Shown piece by piece: positions 38,852 through 48,069 of a stretch of 64,000 bases of DNA. The translations under genes were made by a program, and so were the position numbers. The stretch covers positions 19,627 to 83,626 of the forward strand of contig JBBQDQ010000001.1 of the NCBI GenBank assembly GCA_038319835.1. The letters are read 5' to 3'. This stretch comes from Thermoanaerobaculia bacterium (GTDB taxonomy: Bacteria > Acidobacteriota > Thermoanaerobaculia > UBA5066). Positions within the stretch are counted from its first letter, which is position 1. Each line of letters starts with the position of its first letter. The notes beneath the pieces were generated by a model. The model did no database searches, was not told the origin of the DNA, and saw nothing but the letters and a program-made list of their open reading frames with translations.

Positions 38852-38998
38852 TCAGCTCCCGCGCACCCGGATCCAGGAATCGCGCGTGGCTTCACGGACT
38901 TCCTTCCAATCGAATGGAGTCGTCCCGCGCGCGGCCGGCCACGTGCGCTCGAGCTCCGACTCCACCTCTTCGAAGCGTCGGCCGGCCTTCGCGGACAG
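38852..38998 (-). pseudogene. 3'-terminal fragment (46 codons) of a paralog of the 1335..1832 gene
   Basis: ~85% nt identity to 1335-1480. Encodes '[47 protein letters not shown]' versus '[47 protein letters not shown]' for the intact gene. No upstream homology or start. Confidence 0.6.
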
Positions 38999-39072
38999 GC
39001 AAAACGACGGAATAGCCAGTCTTGGCCGGCGATCGGGGTTGAGCCGGCTTCGCCTGCGGGGAGGCGCCCGCT

Positions 39073-39978
39073 TTAGGCCGCGGCAGGCTTCGGCCCCGCC
39101 CGGAGCCGGCTTCCGAGGCGCGTCGGGTCGGTCCGCAGCGGCTTCGTCGACTGGACGAACTCGATCAGAACCGAGACGAACCGCAGCGGATCCTCGAGGT
39201 AGGGGAAGTGGCCGGCGCGCGGAAACACCTCGAGCCGGCTGCCCGGCATCCTCGCGTGCGCCTCGACGCCGTGGCGAACGGGAATGAGCGGGTCGTTCTC
39301 GCCCCAGACGATGAGCGCGGGCATCTCCTCCGTCAGGTAGAGGAGCTCGTGGGCCGAGACGCGCTGGCCGCCGACATCGATGATCTCGCGGACCGTCTGG
39401 ATGAACGCGCGACGCGCGTCGGGGGCGCGCAGCGACGCGAAGCCGCGCCAGGCTTCCTCGAGATCGGCGCTCGCCCGGAACCCGACGCGGCGGAGCATGT
39501 GCGCGACCTCGCGGACCCCGCGGTCGCCGGCCGCGCTCAGCCAGGGCAGCACGAACTCGGCCCCGGGGAGCGCCGCGGCGCGCAGCAGCGGATGGAGCTC
39601 GCGGCCGAGGCCTCCGCTCGACACGAGGACGAGTCTCTGGCAGCGCTCGGGGAACTGATACGCGAACTGCATCGCGACGCCGCCGCCGAGGGAATGGCCC
39701 ACGATCGTCCCACGGCCGTGGCCGAGCGCTTCGAGGAGGTCGCGCACCGCGTTCGCATAGGCGCCGAGCGAGAAGTCGCCGGTCGACCGCGGCGAGGCTC
39801 CGTGGCCGAGGAGGTCGGGCGCGAGCACGGTGAAGCGCGCTGCGAGCGCCGGGATCACCCCCTCCCACGTCTCGGAGCTGCCCGCGATGCCGTGCAGGAG
39901 GACGAGGAGCGGCCCGCGGCCGGCGGTCCGGTACGTGATGCGATGGCCGTGGAGCGTGATCTCGGAGACGGGCGTCAC
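39073..39978 (-). CDS. Alpha/beta-fold hydrolase
   Basis: 'LLVLLHGIAGSSETW', nucleophile elbow 'GHSLGG', C-terminal His region. 301 aa. Confidence 0.75.
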   Translation of the reverse strand: MTPVSEITLHGHRITYRTAGRGPLLVLLHGIAGSSETWEGVIPALAARFTVLAPDLLGHGASPRSTGDFSLGAYANAVRDLLEALGHGRGTIVGHSLGGGVAMQFAYQFPERCQRLVLVSSGGLGRELHPLLRAAALPGAEFVLPWLSAAGDRGVREVAHMLRRVGFRASADLEEAWRGFASLRAPDARRAFIQTVREIIDVGGQRVSAHELLYLTEEMPALIVWGENDPLIPVRHGVEAHARMPGSRLEVFPRAGHFPYLEDPLRFVSVLIEFVQSTKPLRTDPTRLGSRLRAGPKPAAA

Positions 39979-40062
39979 GGGACCATCCTAGTCCTGGCGT
40001 GCGCGCTCGGGACGGCGATCACGAGGCGCCTCACACCGGCGGCGCCTCGTGGACTCTAATCT

Positions 40063-40389
40063 CTAGTGAGGCCGCGGCCTGGGGCGGTTGGGCAGCGACG
40101 GGAGCTGCCGCGACGGCGGCGCCGGCCGGTACGCTGGCCGCGAAGGGCTCCTTCCCGGATGGGACGCGCCCACGTACGCGTTGCGATCGTGGTCCGGACG
40201 CGGCGGCGCGACGTGGTAGCTCGACGGCCAGTCGCCGTACACGTAGCCGGCGGGCTCGTAGAAGCCCACGCTGTAGCCCACCTCGATCGAGCTTCCGCCG
40301 TAGCCCGGAGTGGCGACGCATCCGGCCATGACGGCCAGCGACGCAGCGGCGAGCACGATCTTCGACATCAACCGCAGAGTCGCTCTCAT
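40063..40389 (-). CDS. Small proline-rich lipoprotein
   Basis: ATG at 40389 with GAGGTG and a 5-nt spacer. Lipobox 'LAVMAGC'. 4-bp overlap with the upstream VOC gene. Confidence 0.5.
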   Translation of the reverse strand: MRATLRLMSKIVLAAASLAVMAGCVATPGYGGSSIEVGYSVGFYEPAGYVYGDWPSSYHVAPPRPDHDRNAYVGASHPGRSPSRPAYRPAPPSRQLPSLPNRPRPRPH

Positions 40390-41303
40390 TTGGACACCTC
40401 TTTGCTTTCCGTGTCCGACCATTCCATGAGCCCGAACGGCGCGCCCGACGGGTCGGCGGCGACCGCGACCATCCCGCCATTCCGGTCGGGATGCGGCGCG
40501 ACGAGAACGCGCCCGCCCAGGGACACGACCTTGGCGGCCGTGTCTTTCGCGCCGACGACGCGGACGAAGTTGAGCCAGTGCGGGCGGCGCCTGCCGGGGT
40601 GCGAGGGCAGGTTGTTCGCGGTGGCGCGGGCGTACCCGTCGGTCGCGAGCAGCAGGTGCTGGCGTTCGTCGCCGCTGGTCGTGATGTCGAAGACGTCGTA
40701 GTCGAAGATCGCCTGGTAAAAGGCGCTGCCGGCGTTGGTGTCGCTCGTGATCAGCGAGCTCCAGATCCAGTCACCCGGCTCGGCGAGGACGTCGGCGGGG
40801 TCGCCGCTGGAAGACTGCAGGACGGCGAACACGGCTCCCTGGGGGTCGGCGAGGATCTCCTGGCGGCCGCGCTGAGGGTACTCGCGGGACGTGGCGAGTA
40901 CCTTTCCGCCCTTCGCGACGGCCACTCGCTCGGCCTCGGCCACGTCGCGGACGGAGATGAACGTCAGCCAGGCGGGCTGCTTCGACTTGTGCTTCGGCTC
41001 GGCCCGCTGGACGAGCCCGGCGATCGGGTGTCCGTCGAGCATCGCGAGCACGAAGTCCTTCTCGCCGGAGCGGACGTCCCGGAACGTCCAGCCGAAGAGT
41101 CCGGAATAGAAGCTCTTCGCGCCCTCGAGGTCGGGCGTGACGAGATCGACCCAGACCACCTTGCCCGGAAGGCGATCCGGAGTCGCCGGTTGAACGAGAG
41201 GAGGAAGCTCGAGAGGCGCCGCCACGGCCGCCGCCGTCCACGTGGACGCGATGGCCGCGAAGCCCCAGATCGTCAGATGCCGGCGGGAACGAGTTTGTGC
41301 CAT
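40386..41303 (-). CDS. Tandem VOC/glyoxalase-domain protein with Tat-like signal
   Basis: 'SRRHLTIWGFAAIASTWTAAAVAA' then two glyoxalase-like halves ('VVWVDLVTPDLEGAKSFYSGLFGW', 'WIWSSLITSDTNAGSAFYQAIFDY'). Confidence 0.65.
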   Translation of the reverse strand: MAQTRSRRHLTIWGFAAIASTWTAAAVAAPLELPPLVQPATPDRLPGKVVWVDLVTPDLEGAKSFYSGLFGWTFRDVRSGEKDFVLAMLDGHPIAGLVQRAEPKHKSKQPAWLTFISVRDVAEAERVAVAKGGKVLATSREYPQRGRQEILADPQGAVFAVLQSSSGDPADVLAEPGDWIWSSLITSDTNAGSAFYQAIFDYDVFDITTSGDERQHLLLATDGYARATANNLPSHPGRRRPHWLNFVRVVGAKDTAAKVVSLGGRVLVAPHPDRNGGMVAVAADPSGAPFGLMEWSDTESKEVSK

Positions 41304-41388
41304 GCCTTGGCCCTACCCTTCGGTACGAGCCTCAGCACGGCGCGTGCCAGACGGGAGGATCGGAGATCAGGGCGGAACCTGCGCTTTG

Positions 41389-41613
41389 CTACGCGCGGCG
41401 GGATGAGAAGACCAGCGCGACGCCGCCCACGATCGCCACGATGCCGAGGAGCGGAGAGAGCGGAATCGTCTTCTTCTCCGTGGTCGTCGCCTTGAGCGGT
41501 CCGATGTCGAGCACTTTCTTCTCCCGGGTGTAGGAAATGCCACCCCAGACGAGCGCTACGACGCCCAGGACGATGAGCGCGAGGCCGGCTAGCGAGGTAA
41601 ACGACTTGTTCAT
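41389..41613 (-). CDS. Small two-TM membrane protein
   Basis: 74 aa from the internal ATG. Two hydrophobic helices flank 'YTREKKVLDIGPLKATTTEKK'. No clear SD. Confidence 0.4.
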   Translation of the reverse strand: MNKSFTSLAGLALIVLGVVALVWGGISYTREKKVLDIGPLKATTTEKKTIPLSPLLGIVAIVGGVALVFSSRRA

Positions 41614-41771
41614 GGTGGGCAAGGGAGCAGGAACGGTGCCGGATTCCCGGGCCCGGCACAGCCGGCGCGCGTCGCCCTCGCCGGCGCGGCTGCTGGCGGC
41701 GGTATTGCAGTACCGGGAGCTCACCCTTCCGGCCGGTGGACGAGCGGAGGAGGCGAGAAAAGAGGTCCGCG

Positions 41772-43460
41772 ATGAGAAAGACCGCCCCGGGCTCCCTTGC
41801 CATCGCCGCGCTCGTCGGGGCCATGGCGCTCGCGTCCCCGTCCCGGGCGCAGACGGACGACATCACCCAGACCGTGGCGCGCCTCGCGTACTTCACGGGG
41901 ACGGTCTCGTACAGCCGCGGCGACGCGCCGGACGACTGGCAGCCGGCGTCGCTCAACTTCCCGATGACGCTCGGCGACCGCCTCTACACCGCGAAGGGCT
42001 CACGCCTCGAGCTCCAGACGGAAGGCGGCGCGATCTACCTCGCGTCCGATACGGATCTTGCCGCGCTGGACCTCACGGACGACGTGACGCAGCTTTCGCT
42101 GGGCGCCGGGTCCGCGTCGTTCCTGATCCGCCGCCTCGACCCCGGCGAGTCCTTCGAGGTCGACACCCCGAACGCGGCAGTCACGTTCGACAAGCCGGGC
42201 GAATATCGGATCGACGTGGACCGTGACGGGAACACGCGCATCGCCGTCCGGCGCGGGCACGCGTACGTGGCCGCGGCCGGCGGCGAGGTGCCCCTCGCGG
42301 CCGGTCAGCTCATGGAAGTGGAAGGCATCGATTCGCCCGTCTACGACTTCGCGGCGCTGCCGCGCCAGGACTCCTGGGACCGGTGGGTCGCGACACGCGC
42401 GAGTCGCCTCCGCGATGCGGGCCGGTACGTGAACCCGGACATCGCCGGCGTCGACGACCTCAACGAGTACGGCCGTTGGTCGCAGGTCCCGGGGTACGGC
42501 ACGTGCTGGAGCCCCGCAAACGTCGAGGCGGGCTGGCAGCCCTACCGGGCCGGAAGATGGGCCTGGCAGGACCCGTGGGGCTGGAGCTGGATCTCGAGCG
42601 AGCCGTGGGGCTGGGCTCCCTATCACTACGGACGCTGGGTCACGGCGCGGTCACACTGGTACTGGGTGCCGGTAGGACCTGCCGTCCGGACGATCCGCTA
42701 CGCGCCCGCGCTCGTCGCCTTCGTCGGCGGCCCGGGCTTTTCGCCGTCCGTCCGGGTGGGAAGCGGCGGCTACGTCGGCTGGTTTCCGCTCGCGCCGCGC
42801 GATCCGTTCGTTCCCTGGTGGGGAGCCGGCGCGCACGCCGCGGCCGGGCCGAACGTGACATACGTGAACCGCACGCACGTGACGGTCGTCAGCCAGAACA
42901 ACTTCGTCTCGGGTGCTGCGGTCGCGACGCACGTGATCCGCGACGCGAACACGGTCCGGGAGATCTCCAGGGCTCCGGCCATCCGCGGGCCGATCCCGGT
43001 CGTCCCGATCGCGGCCTCGATCCGCGTCTCCACGAAGAAGGTCCCGGCGCCGCGCCCCCCTGCCGCGACATTGGAGCGCGCCGTCGTCGTACGCCGCGCG
43101 CCGCCCGCGGCCCCGGCTCCCTTCCGCGTGAAAGAGACCGTCATCCGCGAAAACCGCGGTGCGCCGGTGGCGCCCGCTCAGGCCGCGCGCCTCCCGGCCG
43201 AGAAAAGGGAGATCCGGGCCACGCGGCCGGTCGTCTCGGAGGAGGGCCGCGTCACGTTCGCACCCAGGAACGCGCGAGCGGCCGTGCCCGCCCCCGTGCC
43301 GGTCACGCGGGCGCTCCCGCCGGGCCGGGCGCGCCGCGAGGTGGAGCCGGCTGCGGTGAAAGGCGCCGGCGAGGAGCAGAAGAAGGGCCAGGACAAGGGC
43401 CAAGACAAGGGCCAGGACAAGGACAAGGGCCACAAGCCCGACGCGAAGGAGAAGCGCTGA
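41772..43460 (+). CDS. Secreted DUF6600/FecR-like protein with W-rich YGxW repeats
   Basis: Signal peptide 'MRKTAPGSLAIAALVGAMALASPSRAQ'. 'LNEYGRWSQVPGYGTCWSPANVEAGWQPYRAGRWAWQDPWGWSWISSEPWGWAPYHYGRWV'. C-terminal (KGQD)x3 tandem repeat. Confidence 0.65.
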   Translation: MRKTAPGSLAIAALVGAMALASPSRAQTDDITQTVARLAYFTGTVSYSRGDAPDDWQPASLNFPMTLGDRLYTAKGSRLELQTEGGAIYLASDTDLAALDLTDDVTQLSLGAGSASFLIRRLDPGESFEVDTPNAAVTFDKPGEYRIDVDRDGNTRIAVRRGHAYVAAAGGEVPLAAGQLMEVEGIDSPVYDFAALPRQDSWDRWVATRASRLRDAGRYVNPDIAGVDDLNEYGRWSQVPGYGTCWSPANVEAGWQPYRAGRWAWQDPWGWSWISSEPWGWAPYHYGRWVTARSHWYWVPVGPAVRTIRYAPALVAFVGGPGFSPSVRVGSGGYVGWFPLAPRDPFVPWWGAGAHAAAGPNVTYVNRTHVTVVSQNNFVSGAAVATHVIRDANTVREISRAPAIRGPIPVVPIAASIRVSTKKVPAPRPPAATLERAVVVRRAPPAAPAPFRVKETVIRENRGAPVAPAQAARLPAEKREIRATRPVVSEEGRVTFAPRNARAAVPAPVPVTRALPPGRARREVEPAAVKGAGEEQKKGQDKGQDKGQDKDKGHKPDAKEKR

Positions 43461-43545
43461 GGGCGGGAGACTCCGGCATGCTGACCGGTTCGGAAATGTG
43501 GCCGCCGCATTGCAACAACGCAGTCGGAACCAAGGGAGGTCCCAA

Positions 43546-43983
43546 ATGAAGCAGACTTTTCACGCCGCCTTCGTCGCCCTCGCCGCGGCCGCGGTCCTGA
43601 CCGCCTGCAGCAAGCCGGCGGACACGATCGAGCGGAAGTCGGACTCCACGATCACGAGCCCCCAGGGGTCGGTCGAGACCAAGCAGGAGTCCAAGCAGGT
43701 CGGCAACACACTCGAGGTCAAGACCGAGACGAAGAGCAAGACCGACGACGGCACGCTCAAGAGCAACGTTCAGACGTTCGTCGGAACCGTGACCGTCTAC
43801 GAAGCGGGCAAGACGATCGAGGTTCTCACCGGGGAGAGCACGCGTCACACCGTCGCCCTCGACGGGAAGGACGTGGTTGTCAGCGTCGTCGGCCCGGTGG
43901 CCGTCGGCTCCCGCGTGCGGCTCGTCGAGGAGAAGGGCGATCGCGGCACGCGCGTGAGCATCAACCTGGAGGCGAAGTCATGA
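43546..43983 (+). CDS. Lipoprotein (hypothetical)
   Basis: GGGAGG RBS. Lipobox 'VLTACS'. ATGA overlap with the downstream csbD-like gene. Confidence 0.6.
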   Translation: MKQTFHAAFVALAAAAVLTACSKPADTIERKSDSTITSPQGSVETKQESKQVGNTLEVKTETKSKTDDGTLKSNVQTFVGTVTVYEAGKTIEVLTGESTRHTVALDGKDVVVSVVGPVAVGSRVRLVEEKGDRGTRVSINLEAKS

Positions 43984-44183
43984 ACAAGAACGAAGTGCAC
44001 GGCAAGACCCAGAGCCTGAAGGGCCGGATCAAGCAGGCCACCGGGGTCGCGATCGGGAACCCGAAACTCGAGAGAGAGGGCGCCGTCGAGCGCGCCGCCG
44101 GGGCGGTCGAGGCGGATCTCGGCAAGGCCCGCCGGAAGGTCGGTGATGCCCTCGCGCGGCTCGGCAACGCCGTCAAGAAGTAA
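43980..44183 (+). CDS. csbD: CsbD-family stress protein (second copy)
   Basis: 'MNKNEVHGKTQSLKGRIKQATGVAIGNPKLEREGAVERAAGAVEADLGKARRKVGDA' matches the CsbD pattern. Confidence 0.7.
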   Translation: MNKNEVHGKTQSLKGRIKQATGVAIGNPKLEREGAVERAAGAVEADLGKARRKVGDALARLGNAVKK

Positions 44184-44227
44184 TCGCTTTCCCTCCACGG
44201 CAGCTCGCGCCGACCAGGCCGCCGAGC

Positions 44228-44854
44228 TTGGGGGCGTTCTGCCCCTCGACCACAGCCCGTGGAACGCCCGCTGGTGGGCCGGGGACATTCACCCGGCCCC
44301 TTCCTTTCCCGTGTCAACCGCTGCCGTCGCGTGACGGCACTAACCAGAAGGAGAACGCCGGGACGAGAGTCGTTTCAAGCCTCGCCGTCGCCGCATCGCT
44401 CGCGCTCGCCCCGGCCGCCGCCGCCCAGACGCCGAGCCCCGCTCCCAAGACACCGTCCACGCAGAGCATGAAGGGCGGCCACCACCACAGGGACGGCATG
44501 ATGGCGGAGTGTCAGGCCATGATGGCCAAGAAGCAGGACATGCAGGCCAAGATCGAAGCGATGGACGCCACCCTGGACAAGCTCGTCGCGGACATGAACG
44601 CCGCCGGGGCCCTGAACAAGGTGGACGCGATGGAGAAGCCGATCGCCGCCGTCGTCACCGAGCTGGTCGCGCAGCGCAAGGCGATGCGCACGATGATGAT
44701 GGAAATGGAGCCCGCCATGATGATGCACATGGGGCATCACATGGGCCCGCACGACGCGAAGGGCGCCCGCCACTCCATGTCGGAATGCCCGATGATGAAG
44801 AAGGACGGCACCGCCCCGAAGGCCGCCGAGCCGGAGAAGCCGCACGCGATGTGA
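44228..44854 (+). CDS. Met/His-rich periplasmic protein (possible Cu/metal binding); start uncertain
   Basis: 'MMAECQAMMAKKQDMQ...MRTMMMEMEPAMMMHMGHHMGPHD...MSECPMMKK'. A signal-peptide-like 'VVSSLAVAASLALAPAAAAQ' lies in frame after an AAGGAG but has no ATG/GTG/TTG start. The first canonical ATG is 'MKGGHHH' at ~44468. Confidence 0.45.
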   Translation: MGAFCPSTTARGTPAGGPGTFTRPLPFPCQPLPSRDGTNQKENAGTRVVSSLAVAASLALAPAAAAQTPSPAPKTPSTQSMKGGHHHRDGMMAECQAMMAKKQDMQAKIEAMDATLDKLVADMNAAGALNKVDAMEKPIAAVVTELVAQRKAMRTMMMEMEPAMMMHMGHHMGPHDAKGARHSMSECPMMKKDGTAPKAAEPEKPHAM

Positions 44855-45089
44855 GCCGCCGGGCTTCCGGATCGTTCAGCGCGGGAGAGGCGCCTCCTCG
44901 GACGGGAGGCGCATCGGGCGGCCGTAGACGACGGGCACGAGCACGCGGCTCTCGAACTCTTCGTACGCGACCCCGGCGGGCCGCCCGGGGGCCTCCGCCC
45001 ACCGTGATGCAGTTGCGTCAGTAGCCAGGCGGAGCTCCCGGGACGAACATCGAACTGACGCCCCTTCATCGGGACGCCAGGAGGATTCG

Positions 45090-45917
45090 ATGTCGAAAAC
45101 AACGGTCGCCGCGCTCGCGGTGCTCCTCGCCTCCGCCTCCGCCCTCGCGGTGAAGCCCGACAAGCCGGGCTGCGCCGACCACGCCCTCTTCCCGACCCGG
45201 ATGCCGAACTACCGGATCGCGGCTTGCGAGATCAAGGAGTTCAATGCATACACGTTCCGCCTCGCGGGCGGAAAGAAGCAGACAGTCGAGGGGAAGTTCA
45301 CGTTGCTCACGTACGTCGTCGACGACCGCAAGGACGACCAGTCGGGCGTCGCCGTCGTCCGCAACTACGAGAACGCGATCAAGAAGATCGGCGGCACGGT
45401 CCAGGGCACGGCCGCGGACCGGTGGGTGACCCTGTCGGCCGTCGTCGACGGGAAGGAAGCCTGGGCCGAGGCGGAGAAAGGGAACGGCACGATCTGGCTC
45501 CGCGTCGTCGAGAAGCAGGCGATGGAGCAGCACATCGTGGCGGACGCGGCTTCCTTCGGCAACGACCTCAAGTCGACCGGGCACGTGGCGGTCGAGGGGA
45601 TCTACTTCGACACGGCCAAGTCTGTTGTGAAGCCGGAGTCGACGCCCGCCCTCAAGGAAGTCGCGAAGCTCCTCGCGGCCGATCCGGCCTTGAAGCTCTG
45701 GGTCGTCGGGCACACGGATGCCGTGGGCGCCGTCGACGCGAACATGAAGCTCTCCCAGGCGCGGGCCGAGGCCGTCGTCGCGGCGCTCACGGGCGGGAAC
45801 GGCGTCGCCGCCGCGCGGCTGAAGGGTTACGGCGTCGGGCCGCTCGCCCCGGTCGCGTCGAACGATTCCGAGGACGGACGGGCGAAAAATCGGCGGGTGG
45901 AGATCGTCAAGCAATGA
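45090..45917 (+). CDS. OmpA-family protein (N-terminal domain + OmpA C-terminal peptidoglycan-binding domain)
   Basis: Signal peptide; 'IYFDTAKSVVKPESTPALKEVAKLL...VVGHTDAVG...NMKLSQARAEAV...GRAKNRRVEI'. Confidence 0.8.
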   Translation: MSKTTVAALAVLLASASALAVKPDKPGCADHALFPTRMPNYRIAACEIKEFNAYTFRLAGGKKQTVEGKFTLLTYVVDDRKDDQSGVAVVRNYENAIKKIGGTVQGTAADRWVTLSAVVDGKEAWAEAEKGNGTIWLRVVEKQAMEQHIVADAASFGNDLKSTGHVAVEGIYFDTAKSVVKPESTPALKEVAKLLAADPALKLWVVGHTDAVGAVDANMKLSQARAEAVVAALTGGNGVAAARLKGYGVGPLAPVASNDSEDGRAKNRRVEIVKQ

Positions 45918-46849
45918 CGAAGGCCCGGCTGCTCCTCCATGAGGTCGGGCCGCGCGACGGCCTGCAGGTCGAGTCGCGCACGGTTCCGACGGAGACGAAG
46001 CTCGGCTGGATCGATGGCCTGCTCGCCGCGGGCGTCGACGTCGTGCAGGTCGGCTCCTTCGTCCATCCGGAAAAGGTCCCGCAGATGGCCGACACGGACG
46101 AGCTGTTCCGCCTGCTCGCGCAGCGGCCGGACGCCGGAAGGGCAGTCCTCTCGGGCCTCGTCCTGAACGAGAAGGGGCTCGACCGCGCGCTCCTCTGCGG
46201 CGTCCCCCTCGTGTGTCTCGGCGTCTCGGCGAGCGACACGCACAGCCGAAAGAACACGGGAATGGACACGGCGGAAGCGACGCGACGGATCGTCGCGACG
46301 GCGAAGAGAGCCGTCGAATCGGGCCGGGCCGTTCAGGTCTCCGTCCAGTCGGCGTTTGGCTGCGGCTTCGAGGGACCGGTTCCCGAGGAGCGCGTCCTGG
46401 CGATCGTGAAGGAGTATCTCGGTGCGGGCCTGAGGAGGATCTCGCTCGCGGACACCGCCGGGCACGCTTACCCCGATCAAGTCGAGAGGCTCTACGGCGC
46501 GATCCTCGCGCTCGCGCCGGACGCCGAGCCGGCCTGCCATTTCCACGACACGTTCGGGCTCGGCATGGCGAACGTCTGGGCGGCGATGCGCTCGGGCGTC
46601 GTCTCGTTCGAGTCCTCGTTCGCCGGGCTCGGCGGCTGCCCGTTCACGAGGGTCGCAGCGGGCAACGTCGCGACCGAGGACCTCGTCCACGGCTGGCAGA
46701 GGTCGGGCCTCCGGACGGACGTGGACCTCGCGGGCCTGATCGAGGTCGCGCGCGCGGTCTCGGCGTTCTTCGGGCGCGAGATGCCCGGCCGGGTTTACAA
46801 GGCGGGGCCGGTTCCGGACGGACGGAAGGCCGTGGAGGTCTCCGCGTGA
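45914..46849 (+). CDS. Hydroxymethylglutaryl-CoA lyase-like (HMGL family)
   Basis: ATGA overlap with the upstream stop. 'LHEVGPRDGLQ' and 'CHFHDTFGLGMAN' HMGL signatures. Confidence 0.8.
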   Translation: MTKARLLLHEVGPRDGLQVESRTVPTETKLGWIDGLLAAGVDVVQVGSFVHPEKVPQMADTDELFRLLAQRPDAGRAVLSGLVLNEKGLDRALLCGVPLVCLGVSASDTHSRKNTGMDTAEATRRIVATAKRAVESGRAVQVSVQSAFGCGFEGPVPEERVLAIVKEYLGAGLRRISLADTAGHAYPDQVERLYGAILALAPDAEPACHFHDTFGLGMANVWAAMRSGVVSFESSFAGLGGCPFTRVAAGNVATEDLVHGWQRSGLRTDVDLAGLIEVARAVSAFFGREMPGRVYKAGPVPDGRKAVEVSA

Positions 46850-48045
46850 CGAAGAAGGCGCTCGAAGGCATCCGCGTCCTCGACCTGACGAACGTTCTCT
46901 CCGGTCCGTTCGCGACGCTCCACCTCGCGCTCCTCGGGGCCGAAGTGATCAAGATCGAGAACCCGCTCGACGGCGACCTCGCGCGAAAGCTCGGGAACGT
47001 CCCGAAGCTGAACAAGGAGCTGATGGGGACGAGCTTCCTCGCGCAGAACGCGAACAAGAAGTCGATCACGCTGAACCTGAAGAAGAAGGAAGCGAAAGAG
47101 ATCTTCCTGAAGCTCGCCGCGGGCGCCGACGCCGTGGTCGAGAACTTCCGGCCCGGCGTCATGACGCGGCTCGGAGTCGGGTGGGACGCCATGAGAGCCG
47201 TCAACCCGCGCCTCGTCTACTGCGCGATCTCCGGCTTCGGGCAGGACGGACCCGACGCCGACAAGCCGGCGTACGACCAGATCATCCAGGGGCTTTCCGG
47301 GGCGATGTCCGTCAACGGCGACGAGCGGCTCAACCCGCTCCGCTGCGGCTTTCCGGTCTGCGACACGGTCGGCGGGCTGACGGCGGCCTTCGCGATCATG
47401 ACCGCCCTCTTCCACCGCGAACGGACCGGCGAGGGGCAGATGGTCGACGTCGCGCTCCTCGACGCGATCATGCCGCTGATGGGCTGGGTCGCGGCGAATC
47501 TCCTGATCGGCGGCCAGCAGCCGGTCCTGATGGGGAACGACAACTTCACCGCGGCGCCGAGCGGCGTCTTCAGGACCGGCGACGGCTACGTCAACATCGC
47601 GGCGAACAAGCAGGAGCAGTGGGAAGCGGTCTGTGACGCCCTCGGCGTGCCGGAGCTGAAGATCGATCCGCGGTTCGCGGAGCGCGACACGCGGAAGAAG
47701 AACCGCAAGGAGCTCACGCCGCTCCTCGAGGCGAAGCTGGCGGGAAAGACGACGAAGGAATGGGTCGCGCTCCTGAACGCGAAGGACGTCCCGTCGGGCG
47801 AGATCCTCGGCCTCGACGAGGCGCTCCATCAGCCGCAGATCGTCCACCGCGGAACGCTCACCACGGTCGACGCGCCGGGCATCGGGCCGCTCCCGCTCTT
47901 CAATCTCCCGGCGCTCTTCGGCTCCACGCCGGCCGTCGTCGAGGCCCCGCCGCCGCGGCTCGGCGAGCACACGGCCGAGATCCTCGGCGCCCTCGGCTAC
48001 GGGAGGTCCGACCTCGACAGGCTGAAGGAGTCCGGCGCGATCTGA
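46846..48045 (+). CDS. Family III CoA-transferase (CaiB/BaiF)
   Basis: GTGA overlap with the upstream stop. 'LEGIRVLDLTNVLSGPFATLHLALLGAEVIKIE' and a conserved Asp region. Confidence 0.8.
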   Translation: MTKKALEGIRVLDLTNVLSGPFATLHLALLGAEVIKIENPLDGDLARKLGNVPKLNKELMGTSFLAQNANKKSITLNLKKKEAKEIFLKLAAGADAVVENFRPGVMTRLGVGWDAMRAVNPRLVYCAISGFGQDGPDADKPAYDQIIQGLSGAMSVNGDERLNPLRCGFPVCDTVGGLTAAFAIMTALFHRERTGEGQMVDVALLDAIMPLMGWVAANLLIGGQQPVLMGNDNFTAAPSGVFRTGDGYVNIAANKQEQWEAVCDALGVPELKIDPRFAERDTRKKNRKELTPLLEAKLAGKTTKEWVALLNAKDVPSGEILGLDEALHQPQIVHRGTLTTVDAPGIGPLPLFNLPALFGSTPAVVEAPPPRLGEHTAEILGALGYGRSDLDRLKESGAI

Positions 48046-48069
48046 GCGCGGCGGCACCCGCCAGGCCGC

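Noticed and set aside
1297-38998. Interpreting the 37.5-kb segment between the direct repeats as an integrated mobile element or genomic island
   Set aside because: No integrase, recombinase, transposase, tRNA or conjugation/phage gene occurs between the repeats, and the interior is core catabolic and housekeeping-like content at uniform GC. Paralog duplication and decay is the more economical explanation.
38852-39868. 338-aa minus ORF that would fuse the duplicated 3' fragment to upstream sequence
   Set aside because: Upstream of the 46 homologous codons the translation is R/P/A-rich junk overlapping the alpha/beta hydrolase gene in another frame; only the 3' fragment is real.
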